Below, piece by piece: positions 50,380 through 63,931 of a stretch of DNA of 64,000 nucleotides. Source of the DNA: Pristiophorus japonicus (lineage: Eukaryota); NCBI RefSeq assembly GCF_044704955.1, contig NC_091991.1, positions 18,290,001-18,354,000 of the forward strand. Reading direction: 5' to 3'. Positions within the stretch are counted from its first letter, which is position 1; each line of letters opens with the position of its first letter. The position numbers were made by a program, and so were the translations under genes. Below the pieces are notes generated by a model. The model was not told the DNA's origin, did not search any database, and saw only the letters and a program-made list of their open reading frames with translations.

Positions 50380-51860
50380 TGCCGATTTTAACCTGCCCAA
50401 CTGATGGAAACCAGGCAGGTGGGTAGATGGAATCGCGGTAGAGTACTTACTGCTGCATTCCGTGCTGCCATTTTAACCATGCACTCTTTGAAGTCGACCA
50501 AGGCATCTACCAGAGGCAGACAGGGCCTATCATAAGTCAGCTGGTGAGGAAGGCTGCTCATTGGAAGCCATACCCAGCACACCACTGTACAGGCTGAGAG
50601 TCACTTTCTTGGAGCTATCTGAGGAGCTTTGCTTCAGGAACCTGTGCTTCTCCAGGCAGGCTGTGGCAAACTCTACAGCCTCCTGCAACACAGCCTGTTC
50701 CCTACAGGAACAGTGGGTTTGTCAGTGGCTGTCAAAGTCACCACAGCCCTTAACTTCTTTGCCATGGCTCCTTCCAGTCTCACAGGGGACATCAGCCGCA
50801 TCTCAAAGTCTATGCTACTCAGCTGCGTTAATCAGGTCACTGATGCCCTGTTCGCATTGTGTGAGCTGAGCAGTTTTAATTTCATGGCTGGGCCCTTGAC
50901 GTCCTGATCTCTGTTCTGCTCAGCAGATCTGGAAGAGGATCTTGCCCTTCAGAGAGCTCGCTCTTGTGCTGCCCTGCTACCAGTACCTGCTGCTGCTCAC
51001 TTGTGTTGGTCATTTCGACGCGTGCAGATCATCTGCCTGACTATCTAATCCACATGGAATGCCAATGTCTGTGCTGGTGTTTGGGATGGATGGAGTGCGT
51101 GACGATAATTCCTCAGGAGGATTGTCCTCCGCTGGGGTGTCTTCTGCAGGAACCCCATGCTAGAGGAGAGAGAAAAGGGATAAGAGTTAGGATGATAATG
51201 AGAAGCTGGGCATTAGGTGACAGTCATGAGAAGGCAGCATGAAGTTGTTAAGCTGGCTGAATATTTTCTGCGATGAATGAAAGGTTACAAGTAATATGTA
51301 GACATCCTGCACAGGTAAGCCACCAGACTTACCTTACCCAAAGCTCATGGCTCTGCCCGGGCCACTAAACCTACAGGGCTTCTTGCTTTGCTTGGGTGAG
51401 GATTATAATTTTGGGTATTCCTCAGCGCCCCCCGCCCCTCACCCCCGCCAACCTGATCCTCTCCCTAGTATTATGCGCTGATTTGTCTTGCAGAAATATT
51501 GCATGGGAGTTGGTGAGTGGCTGTTGAAAGGGTAAGGGGAGATGTGTAGGGCTTGTGCATATACTGCATGTTTTTAGAGGCGGAGAAGAAGCAAGATGGA
51601 ATGAGTATGGGGAGATGAAGAACATCAATGAAAGTACCATGTGAAGTGAGGAAGGAGTGATGCGAGTAGTTGGTAGTTGTGCAAGTGCTGGGATGTGAGA
51701 AGAGAATGGTGTTAGTGTGTGATGTGAAGAGTGCAAAGGTATAAGTAAGTGACTGTTTGAAATAAGAAAAAGTATTGCAGTGTGCATTTGTGATGGTATG
51801 CTGAAGGATATAATGGAATTGCATTTGTAGCTGTGACATTTGTCACCTTCAATGAACCAT
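50380..51860. pseudogene. Degraded Harbinger transposase N-terminus (+) with convergent Myb-type gene remnants (-)
   Basis: YRLRVTFLELSEELCFRNLCFSRQAV and LSVAVKVTTALNFFA..TGDISRIS..CVNQVTDALF (HARBI1-like). Minus-strand QDKSAHNTRER. Confidence 0.7.
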
Positions 51861-51938
51861 CTTGTACTTGTAGGGTTTCAGCAAGTTGTTAATACCCTGC
51901 CATAAGAATTGTCCAATCATGTTGACGTTTATCACTAA

Positions 51939-52556
51939 GGGCCCGAATTTGATGAAGGCCCCTACCCGCCCAAGTGTCGCCCATAGGACTGCCTATGGCC
52001 GCCGAGTTACATGACGGTACTTTGGGCGGGGTTTTCATCAACAAGGTCCCTCGAAAGCCGGCGGGCGGCAAATGAGGGACTTACGCTGCCAATCTGGGCG
52101 GCAGCTGACGGGAGCTCTCATTCTCGATGGCAAAGGTGCTTGCCGCCCAAGTGCCACCGAGGATGGAGTCGGGCCCACGGAGGGTCAAAGACCTGCAAAG
52201 AAAAACTACCAAAAAAAACCATCGGAACACCTTCAGGGGACCCCTTACAGCTAAGTCCCTGTCAGGTAAATCAGCTCTTCATACCTACTGTCGGGGACAG
52301 ACCAGCTTCCTCGCAACGGTCCACCCTTGTTCTAGCGCCGACTCCCGCCCGCATGAATACGGCATCTCAGTGGCCGGGAGCCCACTTATGCCATTCGACC
52401 GTCCGCTGACGTCAGCGGGCGGTTCCTGGCAGTTCTCCCCTCCCGCCCACTCCAGCCCAAATCGAAAGTGGCATTGGGCGGAACCCGAAGAGGAATGTCG
52501 GTGGCAGGGGGCAGCAGTCAGTGGCAGTGTGCGGTGAGTCCATTAAATTCGGGCCC
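51939..52556. mobile_element. Harbinger-like MITE
   Basis: 16-bp TIRs GGGCCCGAATTTGATG / CATTAAATTCGGGCCC. TSD not preserved (TAA vs TGT). Confidence 0.8.
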
Positions 52557-52617
52557 TGTGTCTTTTTGGGCCACTTGTGAATCCGGCTGATTATTTTCTT
52601 CTCTGTCCTTGCTCTAG

Positions 52618-52716
52618 ATCCAGTTGCGCGACTGGCCTTGTTCAAGAATAACAAAAATAAATATCCTCCTGTGAAGGCATCAAAGAAGATATATGATCGT
52701 GTGGAATATTTTAGAG
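52618..52716 (+). CDS. LRRIQ1: LRRIQ1 coding exon
   Basis: Pyrimidine tract then ctctAG|AT and donor AGAG|GTaagc, 99 bp, phase 1/1. DPVARLALFKNNKNKYPPVKASKKIYDRVEYFR resembles human DSTVRLALFKNNENK...GYFE. Confidence 0.93.
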
Positions 52717-53509
52717 GTAAGCGGAAACAATACTGTTAATCCCAGTGTTTTGAGAGACGGATTTCAGGTCAAACATTTATTTGTTTTGATCCTTGTTGGT
52801 GTATAATGGGGTATGAATTTATCTTGGCTGGTAATGTAAAATAGGCCTTATCACATGGACCACCTGCTATTCTCCCCGCCCAATATTCAATTTCATTGAA
52901 GTCCATTGGTGGTCGATACGATATAAAGGCACTTTTATACCCCATTATCTTTTGCATAATATTTTATAAAATCATTGATCAGAGTGAGAATGATGTAAAA
53001 GGTGCACCTGTGCCAATTGTGCTAAAATTTCAATATTGTTCACACTTGCAACTATATACCTTTATAAATCCAGTTCAGCCCATAAATAATATGATGTTAA
53101 CCCTTCTCTAAGGAGATGTAAAGCACTCGCCGTTTAAATTTGTATTCCGTATACTGATGTGTTACCTCCATAAATTGAAAATACATGATAGACTCTTATT
53201 TTACTTTCTCATTATTATTTTATATTTACGAGTGAATTTTGTGCTCACTACAATTTATAATCTTACTTTGGAGAAAACTTCTCCGATTTTGTACCGTGCT
53301 ATCAGTATCGAGCACTCCGAGGTACGATGGAGAAACAATCCACCTTAATCTGAGCTTTGGTAGCCTGCTCCCTTTTGCACCAATGTTAGTTTTTCATTGC
53401 CTAACTAATTTGATTAAGTGTCTTCCCCACATTGCACATTGAATTCTTTTATCAATTAGGTACACACACAAATGTCTGTGTGTAATTTTTCTGTACCTAT
53501 GTGAAATGA

Positions 53510-54212
53510 TGACCTCAATTTTAATGCCCCCCCCCGCCCCCTACTGACGGGTGATAGAAGATTAGACAAGGCTAAAAGATCAGGTTCAGGTAACCCGATC
53601 CCATTCCTGCCTCTTTCAATTTTAAATTACAGAAATCAGGCCAAGAATGAGGCTTCTGCAAAAGGCAAACGAGGGTCTAATTGCTATACCAAAGTCGCGG
53701 CCTGGTGACATCATCAGCACCGCGACTTAAATTTGATAGTATGAAGGGAAGCCTATGTGATCTATGCGATTCCCCGCTGCTTGATCCGAGGTGGGAGCTG
53801 CCAGATTCCCAAGGTAAGTGGCTCTTATAGTACTCCTTATGGGGCAGGAGTAGCAGCAGTGCCCCCACCCCCACCCCCCCCGCTAAGCCACTCAAGGGAG
53901 TCTTCGCCCACCCTCCCACTCCAATCGCCAACCTCCCCCGCAGCCCACCTGATCATCACCCGGAGCTGATGCTCCCTTCTCAGTGCCGGGAACCATCCCG
54001 AAGGGTCTTCAGCTGCTGCCTCCTGCCACTAATACATCCGTCGGCCAGGCTGTCCATTTGGTAGGCTATCGGGCGGGAGGCTGCCCTACAATATGTTAAT
54101 GAAGCCCTGCCATTAAGATCAGCAGCAGCTCCGTGTCCCCGGCCTTGCCAGATTGTTCGAGTGATTTTGGCCTCCCCCATGTCTCCCCCTGCCTCCCCAT
54201 TAATATCAGGGT
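53510..54212. mobile_element. Degraded GC-rich MITE
   Basis: GC-rich island with an interior motif (aggtaag..tccttatggggcaggag) similar to other MITEs here. Ends are degenerate. Confidence 0.4.
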
Positions 54213-57200
54213 TGATGTCTCTCCTCAATTACCATTTTTTCCCACAAATCTTTAAACAAACCATTTATCGATGTTTCCTCGTCACTTATTTTTTGTTTCA
54301 AAAATGAGCGTGCTTAAAATCTATTCAAGCTGTACGCTCAAATTATTTTTTTTTTTAAATTAAGAAAACTCTGAAACATCCTCCCCTCATCTGACACTGA
54401 GTTATTTTCATAAATGAGACACAGGGGAACCATCCATCCACTGTATTACATGCTTTTTAAAAAGTAATGACTCACTTCAGTCTGTGATTTTCTCCAAAGT
54501 TGAACCATTTCCCCTTCTCATTCTGTTAGCTACCAACAGAGGATTTGTAAAAAAAAAAAAATCTGGCATTAGTATGCATCTGGAAACATCCTGTACTTCA
54601 AAATTAATTGTTCTCTTCATGCATAAATATTAACAAATGTTCACCAGAATTGCAAGATACTGTCTGTTCCTTTTTGACATTCATGAAACGAAACTATGAC
54701 CTTGCTCTTTTTTTCCCAACTTGCATTCAAATCAGGTGGAGTCCACCATTCCTCTTGATTGACCTAACCCCTCCTCCTCTAACCCCTTCCCCCAGTATTT
54801 GCAGGTTTAGGTCTTTAGCGTTAGGCCTGATGCACACTCGAGGCAGATCCTCCTCTTGACAGGATCTGGTGCCTAAAACTGGGACCAAATTTCGAATGCT
54901 GCTGCAGGCCAACTTTGGGGCCTTCTGTAAATGCCCAAAAGCAGTAACTGAGCCTCAAAAGTCTTTCTGCTCGACCTGCTTTTTTTTTTAATTGGCTAGT
55001 CCTTGCCAGCTTTCCTTTCAGATCCTCCAGGTCTGAGCGCAAGACTTAATGACTGCTTCTGGACACCCCTCCAAATAGGTGACCACTATGGTAACCCAAC
55101 AGGAAAATGAGGTGAGGTTAGATCCCACCCGACCATTTCATATATGTTGCTGCCCCATGCTTGCGCCTGATGCAGGCGCAAAGCATAAGAAAACTAGCCA
55201 CATGTATCTGGATGCTTATCTGCCCTAAACATTGCTTTGTAACTTCAGTATATTAAATATTTCATTAAATTATTAAAAGTAATTTCCTTTCTGTGAGTAC
55301 AGTGGGAACTTTTGGCTTGCACATACTTGTATGTAAACTTGTTCCATGTCCAACATTCCCAACAATTAACAGTAGTACACTTCGGAAATAGCTTGAGAGT
55401 ATTAAAATTGCACAAGTCTATTGTGCACCAAGAATCATATCGAAACTCCCCTATTGGAACTGAAAATCTGTTGTCCTTCCAGCACACTCCCAGATCAACT
55501 CGAGCAGGAGTGTGGCAGGAGGATCATGAAATTCGGTGCTGGATCCTAAAATTTCCGAGGAGTTTCCATGGAGCCTTATAATGGTCAGAGCCTCCTAACA
55601 AGACCATTGATGAAAAAAAGAGCATGGCTACGGGCGGGGACTCCCAGGACTGGAGTTCCCACATTCGCGGCCTGGTAGGACATCGGCGGGCTAGTATGCT
55701 GTTAAAAGCAGCCATACCAGCCCAGTGAATGGTGGATCTGAGGCCTATGTGGGGGTCCAAGCCAATGGTTATGGCCTAGATCCTCCAAAAGTCAGGACAT
55801 TTTTTTCAAAGTTTCTCAGCCCCTTTTTTGATGGGGCAGATTAGGGGAATGCAAAACTGATGTTTCTGGAAATAGGAGTTCCCTGGCTCCCTAAAACAAC
55901 AGATTCCACTCGTTTGCAATCTCATGGAGGAGGTAACTGCCTAAAATGCACCCCTAATGGCATTGGTGTCTGCCTGCCTTATTCAAATTAAGTGACTTCC
56001 CTGTCCTGGATGTCAGCGCCATGGGTTTTCAGGCCTATTTCTTCAGTGCTTATATATTTTAAAATGTTATCCTTTGAATGGCTGTCCGTATGTTTCATTA
56101 TATTTTTGCTGTTTTTTCAAATGATTTTAATAACCTCCATAACTTGTGTGTGTGTTTGGAGACCGAATGGAGAGTTCTGTTTTGTTCAAATTCCTACAGG
56201 AGCTATAAAATGAAGAGTTGTCATTTAACATAAAATCATATTACGCTTGCCAGTATGGGGTAAAAATTGTCAAAATCAACCCTTCCAGTATTTTACTTCC
56301 TGTCAGCTGGTCATATTGCTTCACTGAGGGCAATTATACAGAAGTCCATGGTCCAAGTCATCCACCCTCCAGGCTGCAGCAGGAAGCATGGTGGCATTCA
56401 CTAGTGGGGGCCCAAAAAGGGGGAAAGATAGGGGCTTGGGGTGGGGGGGAGTTAGGGAAGACAATACAATGCATGCAGCACTCAATTCCAACTTTTTAAT
56501 TAAATTTGTCATACTTTCATTTAAACTCTCCTAACAGCTATGTCGTTGCCAGTTTAAAAAAATGACAGTTTTGGATTATGCAACACACATACTTTTGAGA
56601 AATATGACTGGAGGCCATCAACTGTCAAAACCATTATTAAAGCAGTTACAATAGAGAGTTGAAAGTGTTGAAATGGGAAAAATTTGTTTATGAAAGCTGT
56701 TTCTCAATTCGTTTCACATCTGTGCAGGACAGTTATACCATAGTTGTGTGTAATCAATGAGTGAAATATATAAGTTTGTGAAACTTTGGATTTAATGGCT
56801 CTCTTAGGGTGTAAAATGATAGGGACTTCAAGCAGGTAGATATAGCCAGCAAAATCTAGAAAAGAACTAGAATAACATAAACACATGGAGTTGGATAACT
56901 TGGAAAAAATCTGTGTTGTGTTTGCGTTAATCATCTCCAGAAGAAATCCAAACTGATACTTGAAACATAAGACTTCTTGGAGAAAGCAGCAAGGCCTGAG
57001 GCATTGGTGATCTCAAGGAGCTCTCTATGGGTCAGAGCCACTTTTCTGGCAGAGTGCAAGCCTAGTTCACAGCATTGCTTCTCGGAGAACTGTAAAACAC
57101 TGCAGGAGTTGTGCTATGTATGCACGCAGAATTTAGTTCATTTTCTTTTTTAGTCAAATGCCTTGTCACTTGCTAAAGGATGACATTTAAAATTAAATCT

Positions 57201-58189
57201 GTACCTAATTTTCTAAGCACCCATCCACCAAATTATGATACTGATTTCCTGCAGTTTATTATGTAGTCATTTGCATGTTGTATAATGTTAGCCATACAAA
57301 GCATTTAAAAGGAGCTTTTGCCTTTTTTTTTTAATTGAAATTTTTAAAATTTTTCTCACAAATGAAATCTGCCAACAAAGGTTCTGAACAGTGTGCTTCT
57401 GTGTTGTAGACAAATATGATTCATAGCATTGCATTTTATCATTACATTACCGCTTCTCCTTTCCGCAATACATTCTGGGTAAACTGACAGAAATGTGCCA
57501 CAGTTTGGGGCCTGTAGAAGTTGTACTTAACTCGTAATAAGATTTTGACTCCTACATATTATCAATATTATTTTGTATGAACTAAAATTCTGGGTAAAAT
57601 GGTGACAGTTGTAATCCTACCTGAAATGCCTGGCAAGAAGGCCAGCAGTATTGTTCTTCTCCTCTTTATTTAATGGTATAAACAACTTACACAGCAGTGC
57701 ATGGTTCAAAGCATTCCACAGAAAAAGAGCTAATGGTTACGTCTTCCTTTACGCTAATAATTTGTAATATTCGATAAATTGGCAATGGCATTGCCCATAG
57801 TCAGTTAATAAGTTATTTTTTGTATACAAGATGGTGACAGAATTGGAAGGAGCATGGAACCATTTAGTGACAGAGCCTCACACAGCATTGTGACATTGAC
57901 AAAGCAAAATTTAATAAAAAAATGTTTATGAAACAATTTAGCATGGTTATCGTCGATGGAAAATGTGGCCAAAAATCATAACAGGTTCCTCGGTTGGCAA
58001 TCCACACCATTTGCAATATTTTTTGTATGATGTAAAAAGATTGTAGCTATTGAAAATGTTTCTAGCACATTTATAAAATGTGCTTAATTTCCTTTTATTT
58101 ATGATATAGTATTCACGTTTGATTACATCATTTGGAAATATAGCAGTCGGACTGATTGAATACTGTAGGGGTGCTTTTCCCGACACTTC

Positions 58190-59060
58190 AGCTCCGATTT
58201 TAACTTGGGGTGCATATGCAGTGCACGGGGGCCATGACGAGCAGCATGCTCACATCATGTCACCATGTGAGGCCCGGAGAGATTTTAATTCCTGCAACTC
58301 ATTACCATGTTTAAGTTCTGACTATCACCAGAACCCAGTGGGAAACAGTATTTGGTCGGCGGGTGGGAGCAGGATTTTGGGTGGCTGGAGGCCACCGCCA
58401 GGGACCCAAGGTAACAGTCCTTCGGAGCAGGAGAAGCCCATGGTTTTCTTGTGGGGTCCAGAGAAGCGCTCCTACTCCTTCCCACAAGGAAACAATTCTT
58501 TAAAATATCATAAAACCTACCTTCCCGGGGCTCTTCTGTCGCTGATCTTGTTTGCTACCAGATTATTCTGGCAGCTCTGGTACTGGTTGAGACTCTTATT
58601 TCAGCTGAGGCTTTTTGGGGATTTTTAGCTTTAACCCTACTTTGTTCTGATAGTTTTAGGCTAAGCATTTTGGTATTTTTAATTGCATCAATTAATATTT
58701 AAAATATCGCCCCCCTCCCTTTAACTCCTGCTGCAGGTCAGTAAACCTTGTAACAGCAGCAGAATTCCCACTACTCGAACAGCGAGCTCCCATATCTCAT
58801 GGCAGGAGCTCACTGCCATTATGATTTTGAGAGTGACCCTGGAAATCCTTGTGAGGGCAATCGGGTCTGAGAGAGCATCCTCCACTAAGGGGTGGTGCGC
58901 AAACGAGTCGCCCTCTTCAGCTTGTCAGCAAAGTTCACGGCTACTGTGTGAGCCAGGATATATACTGTTAGAAGCTGTGAAGAACGAGAAGAGATCCAAA
59001 CGGCAACGGAAACTATTATTGACTAGCTTTATTGGGGAACTGAAGATAGCATGCTGATTG
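58190..59060. mobile_element. Degraded MITE cluster
   Basis: GC-richer island with ccaaggtaa..ttcttgtggggtccagagaag..ctcct interior and degenerate ends. Confidence 0.4.
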
Positions 59061-62000
59061 AAGAGCTTGGCTAGAGGTAGCATCCTTCAGATCATCCTGG
59101 GTAATTCAGTTTCATGTTATAGTCTAGGGAGTTGTCCACTGTAATTAATTATCTCTCAAAAATAACCTTGTTTGTTATTAATGGACTGTTACAAATCTGA
59201 AATACAGTAATTCTCACATTAAGGAAAAAGCAAAGCAAAACCAAATATTATAATGCTACCAAAAGGAATTTTGCCATGTCTATATCTAGATTTAAGAGCA
59301 GTTATTATTACTTTAGAACTGAAGCCATAAATAACTTGCCAGTGTCCATTTTTGCCCTGTGGCTTTTTCCCTTTCCATGATGAGGTTTTGATCTGCATTG
59401 AGGACTGTTAATTTTAACACGTTTTCTGCTGCACTTGCCAGTGAGGTGCCAGCATGTTTAGACTCTCTTCTAAGCTTTGTTAAAAATAAACATGGAAATC
59501 TGCCTGCAGGTGTTTTGATGGCCTCAGATCAGAGCTAGATTTCCTGTTTTAGTTACGCAAATATGCCAAACATCAGAGTCGATGAAATGGCTAAAAAAAG
59601 CAAAATCTGTGGATTACCGAAACCACGGGCATACTAACTTTACATTTTTTGTAAATATATGGAATTTATTTAAACTCAACCTTTTATTACCTTTGTACAA
59701 ATTAGAAAATACTTAACTGCAAACCAACAATCCAGGTCCTCTAGCATCACCTCCATATGTTAAATGTCGCACTGTGAAAATTGGAATCAAATGTTTTCTT
59801 AACTTTTTAATTGTAGTTTTAGCAGTAACTGGTAGAATTAATTTGATTTTTTTTTTGTCTTGGTGTATTTTGTACTAGTAATTTGGAATATTCTTTAACC
59901 AAGTGAGTTAGCAAGATATTTTTTAACAACCCAAAAGCAAAGAAGTTCGTGTAAGATGCATTGCTCATGCAATGTGATCTAATTGCTCAAATAATAAACA
60001 AAAGGACATTATTATTCCTACTAGTGCCAGGTTGAACATAAGCAGTGAAATTTTGGAATAATCAAAAGTCAATCTATGTGCCCTGGGACCCACTACTGTT
60101 ACTTTGAACAATTGCTAATGTTAAAGTGTGCCACATGAAGCTTTCAAGTTCTCTGGGGCCTCTTTCACAGGTGATAACCCAGTAATAGTTCATTTATTTT
60201 TTACTAAATCATTTTTTGGGGAGTGAATCTTCAACTGCAAAAGGTCTTTGTTGAAGCCCAGTTGCCAGTTAATCACCATATCCCCAATGTTTATTCAAGC
60301 TATTTCTTTATATTTATAGACGCATAAAGATCTTAGATAAAAAAACCATAGGAGCATGTCTATTAGAATAAGTAATGGTGCTCTTCACAAATATTTGAAA
60401 ACGTCTTGAACAAAATTTAACCTGCAGATGACCTTGTCTTGTTTATTCAGTAGGGAATTTCTAAGCAATGCATAGAGTGTCTATTATTCTCCTTTTTGAG
60501 AAAATTAATGGCAGATGGTCCTGACCTCAATGACTGTCACTAACATAGCTCTGAATGACTTCATTCTTTAATATCACGACATTGTTTCTGCTGCAGAGAT
60601 AGTGACCTCCGATTGTGCAAGTTCCCTGAGAGATCTACATGATAAGCCTCCATGCACAAATATTCCTGATGTAGGAATCTGTTAGCTCTGTGTACTATTT
60701 CTACATACTCTTAAATTCACTAATCCAGTAGTCTGCTGAAAATGAATAGAGCCTTATTGCAAATCTGACAACAGTAATGCATTTTATGATCCAGAGAACA
60801 CAGCATAGGAAAAAAATAAAACCAATCCTTTATGAGAAGACTCCCTTTCAGTCAACTGTTTGCCTAGTTCAGTTAATTATATGGTCTTCTGCCACTTGTG
60901 TTTGCATTTAGCAAGGAAGATTTGAGCTTAGAAGAAAGGAACCTGAAGTACTAATGCCAATGACTTAATCCTGAACTGCTAAGTGAGAATTATAAGCAGT
61001 TTATTCAGATTCATTGTTGTGTATGTATACGTGTCAAAGATCTGGATAGCTGATGGTTTTGAACATATTATATTGATTGCAGGTTTTATAATAGGGGTCA
61101 CTAAGGTGCTTGGAAAAATAGAGAGGGGCAGTCACTGAAGGCATGCAATGCCAGATGCTACAAGTCAGTCGTCATTGAGGATGAAGGGAGGCAGAGGACA
61201 TATATTCCTACCAGTATCAGTTTAAATAATAGCAGCTTTACTAAAGAACAAATCTGATACGAATAAGATCATCTTTGATCACATATGGATTTCTGCCTTT
61301 TCCCCATTCATTGCTACGGCTGTGAAATCCTTGAAAAACCACCGTCTTTTGATCACAGATTTGTGTCTTTAGCTCCATTCCAAGTCTCGAACATCAAATA
61401 TCTCAACATCGGCTGCCTAATAAAGCATATATTTATTTTTTGGTGAACTCTTATTGTTCTGAAGGGTATCATTTTAAATATACCCTGTATACATATTAAG
61501 AATCATTTACTGTTATGTAAAACGTTTTGGAGCTGTGTTAATTATCTTTGTCTTTTTGTGCATGTGAAAAATTTTACTTTTAAGAATGAACTACAGTCAT
61601 TTTATTTTAATAGAAAGGTGTCCATTATAGTTGGTGTCTTTGTTTAACTACATACAGTGGAATCTCTTATCGACCATAATTGAGGTTCTACTGTACAGTA
61701 TTCAGTTGCTTTTTCCAGTATTTTGCTTGCAGTTTACTGTGCTGTCAGCCCATGCACTTTTACTGCAGTCACTCTTCGGAACTGATTAAATACATTTTTA
61801 ATGAAAAGTGTTGTAGCCCTATGTCCAACTTTGGGTTGCAGTTTGCCCCCCCCGGTGTATTGGCAAAGTTGCCAATCTTCATTTGTGAGCCTAACTAGAA
61901 ACAATCAGGAGGTAAGTTGACTGGACCAAGTCATCGAAGACAGGGGTGACAAGTATTCAGAATAGAGCAAAAGAGTTCTGCATGAGTTGGACTTTATGTA

Positions 62001-62259
62001 GAGTGGAGTTGGAGACAGCAGGAAGGAGCATGTTGGGAGAAATCAGTCCTTCAGGTGACAAAGGTACAGATGAGGGTTTTGGTGACAGTGAGGGTGAAGT
62101 AAGAACGTAGGCAATGCTTCAGTTCACATGATCTCTATCTTCCAAAAAAAACATATTAAAACAAATTTTATTTAGATTTTAAAATCACAAAGTCTTGAAA
62201 CCTGAGGTTATTTATCTACCTAGTACCTGAGTCATAATTTACTCTGTTATTTCATTCAG

Positions 62260-62389
62260 CTCCTGAAGAACTCATTCGTCAAGACACTACCTCAGCAGAG
62301 GCACTACGAAAGAGCAGAGAACTAACCTATCAGTGGCTTCACACGCAGATTGTCAATTATGAACAAACAAATCCCAATATTATGAAAAA
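62260..62389 (+). CDS. LRRIQ1: LRRIQ1 coding exon
   Basis: cattcAG|CT...GAAAAA|GTaaga, 130 bp, phase 1/2. APEELIRQDTTSAEALRKSRELTYQWLHTQIV resembles human KDTT...NREYTYQWLHTQV. The gene continues beyond the window. Confidence 0.93.
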
Positions 62390-62503
62390 GTAAGAACTGT
62401 TTTGTTTATTTGGTAGATAATGTGAGCTTTGCAACGTAATGGAGTTAATGACAAACCACAGTATTTCTTGTCCTGCTTGCATTCTGTAAGCATGCAGACA
62501 GTG

Positions 62504-62674
62504 GGAGTAGATTTTCAACTTGCCACCCCAGCGTAAACTGGCTGTGCATATTGGTCACCCGTTATAGAAACTGCTTGATTTTTCATTTCCATTGAAAATT
62601 GGGCCATTTCTATAATGAATGGCTGATCCACAATATGCGTTCTATGCCCGAGTAGCCAGTTAAAAATCTACCCC
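62504..62674. mobile_element. Short MITE
   Basis: Inverted ends GGAGTAGATTTTCAACT / AGTTAAAAATCTACCCC. Confidence 0.65.
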
Positions 62675-62689
62675 TATGTGCCCATGCCA

Positions 62690-62994
62690 CCACAACACAA
62701 ATCGCTAAAAAAATGTAAAGAGTAAACACTTGCACTTACCTTTACAGCGCTATACCATCATCACCGCCGCCGGCACGGCTGAACTGCTCTGGCTTCCCAG
62801 GCGGTCATTGCGAGGCGCGATTCCAGGCGTACGGGTCGGGTGCGAGTCAAAACTTGGACGGTGTCGCAACAAGAGGCGTGGCACACCCAGCGCAGCTTTT
62901 CCTGGCGCCGCCGCCGCAAGAGGAGACCTCGCCGCCCCATTTGTTGCCGCTCTGGGGCGAGACCTGGAGCGCAAAGGACGGGAAAATCCAGCCC
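62690..62994. mobile_element. Right half of a MITE related to 24489-25021
   Basis: Shared cttacct..caccgccgcc..cacggct interior and terminal GGAAAATCCAGCCC. Confidence 0.6.
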
Positions 62995-63931
62995 ATTAGT
63001 TGTCCATTACTCCTTCTGGATCTTTTGAAAATACCTGCATATTGCACGGCATATTACAGTTGATAAAATACTGAAATATTTCATCTTCTCTTCATGACTC
63101 CCAGAGCAAATGCCCTTTTTAGTATTTAAAAAAAAAAACACTCTTGAGGATATTGGAGAACTAGCTAACATGTTAAAAAGTGCTTGATTTAAATAGAAAT
63201 CCTGCCAAGATTCAGCAGATTCCAACAATAGCTTGCTCTTCTGCTTCAAATGATACATGGTTTAAACATCAAAATTGGTGTAAGGTAGCTATTAAAAATT
63301 GGCCAGCACATCCAGTGCCTCATCTTAGCACTTTAGAAACCACACTGCACATATTGTTAAGCCAAAGTAGTAGGAAACTATCACCTGCGGGAAGTCTCAC
63401 TATGTTCTGGCGTTCCGCTGTGAATCCAGATTTCTAGTGCAAGTTTAGCATCGGTACATGGCAGTTTCCACTTCACACCATGCTAAACCTGCAGTGTAAT
63501 TGTGTATTTTCCTTTTCAGCTTCAATCCGTGCAATGACTGTGGTCAGACAAGATTAGGCAGGGTTGAGAAAGGAATGTTTTTGGTTTAGATAAAGAAAGA
63601 CACTTTTTCCAATTTTTCGCAAAGCATTCAAGAATTCCAAGAATTAGTCATTGTAGACTCTCAATGTTGAAACAAAATTCCCACAGAGTAAAATGGACAT
63701 ATCTGTTTCACACACTGAAATGATTCTTGGATAGGTAATGGCTATGTTTAAGCCATGGATACTCTCTATACTAGTTTGATAGCCATCATCACTGGTATAC
63801 CTAAGGTATGCAGTATGTCAGAGATACTATTTAACTTGTTCTTTTCATCCTTCCCCTTGATTCTTTAAATTGTGACTATAATATATTGTAGAGGATTTAT
63901 GGGAGTCCACATTAAGATTGGTAAAGACACA

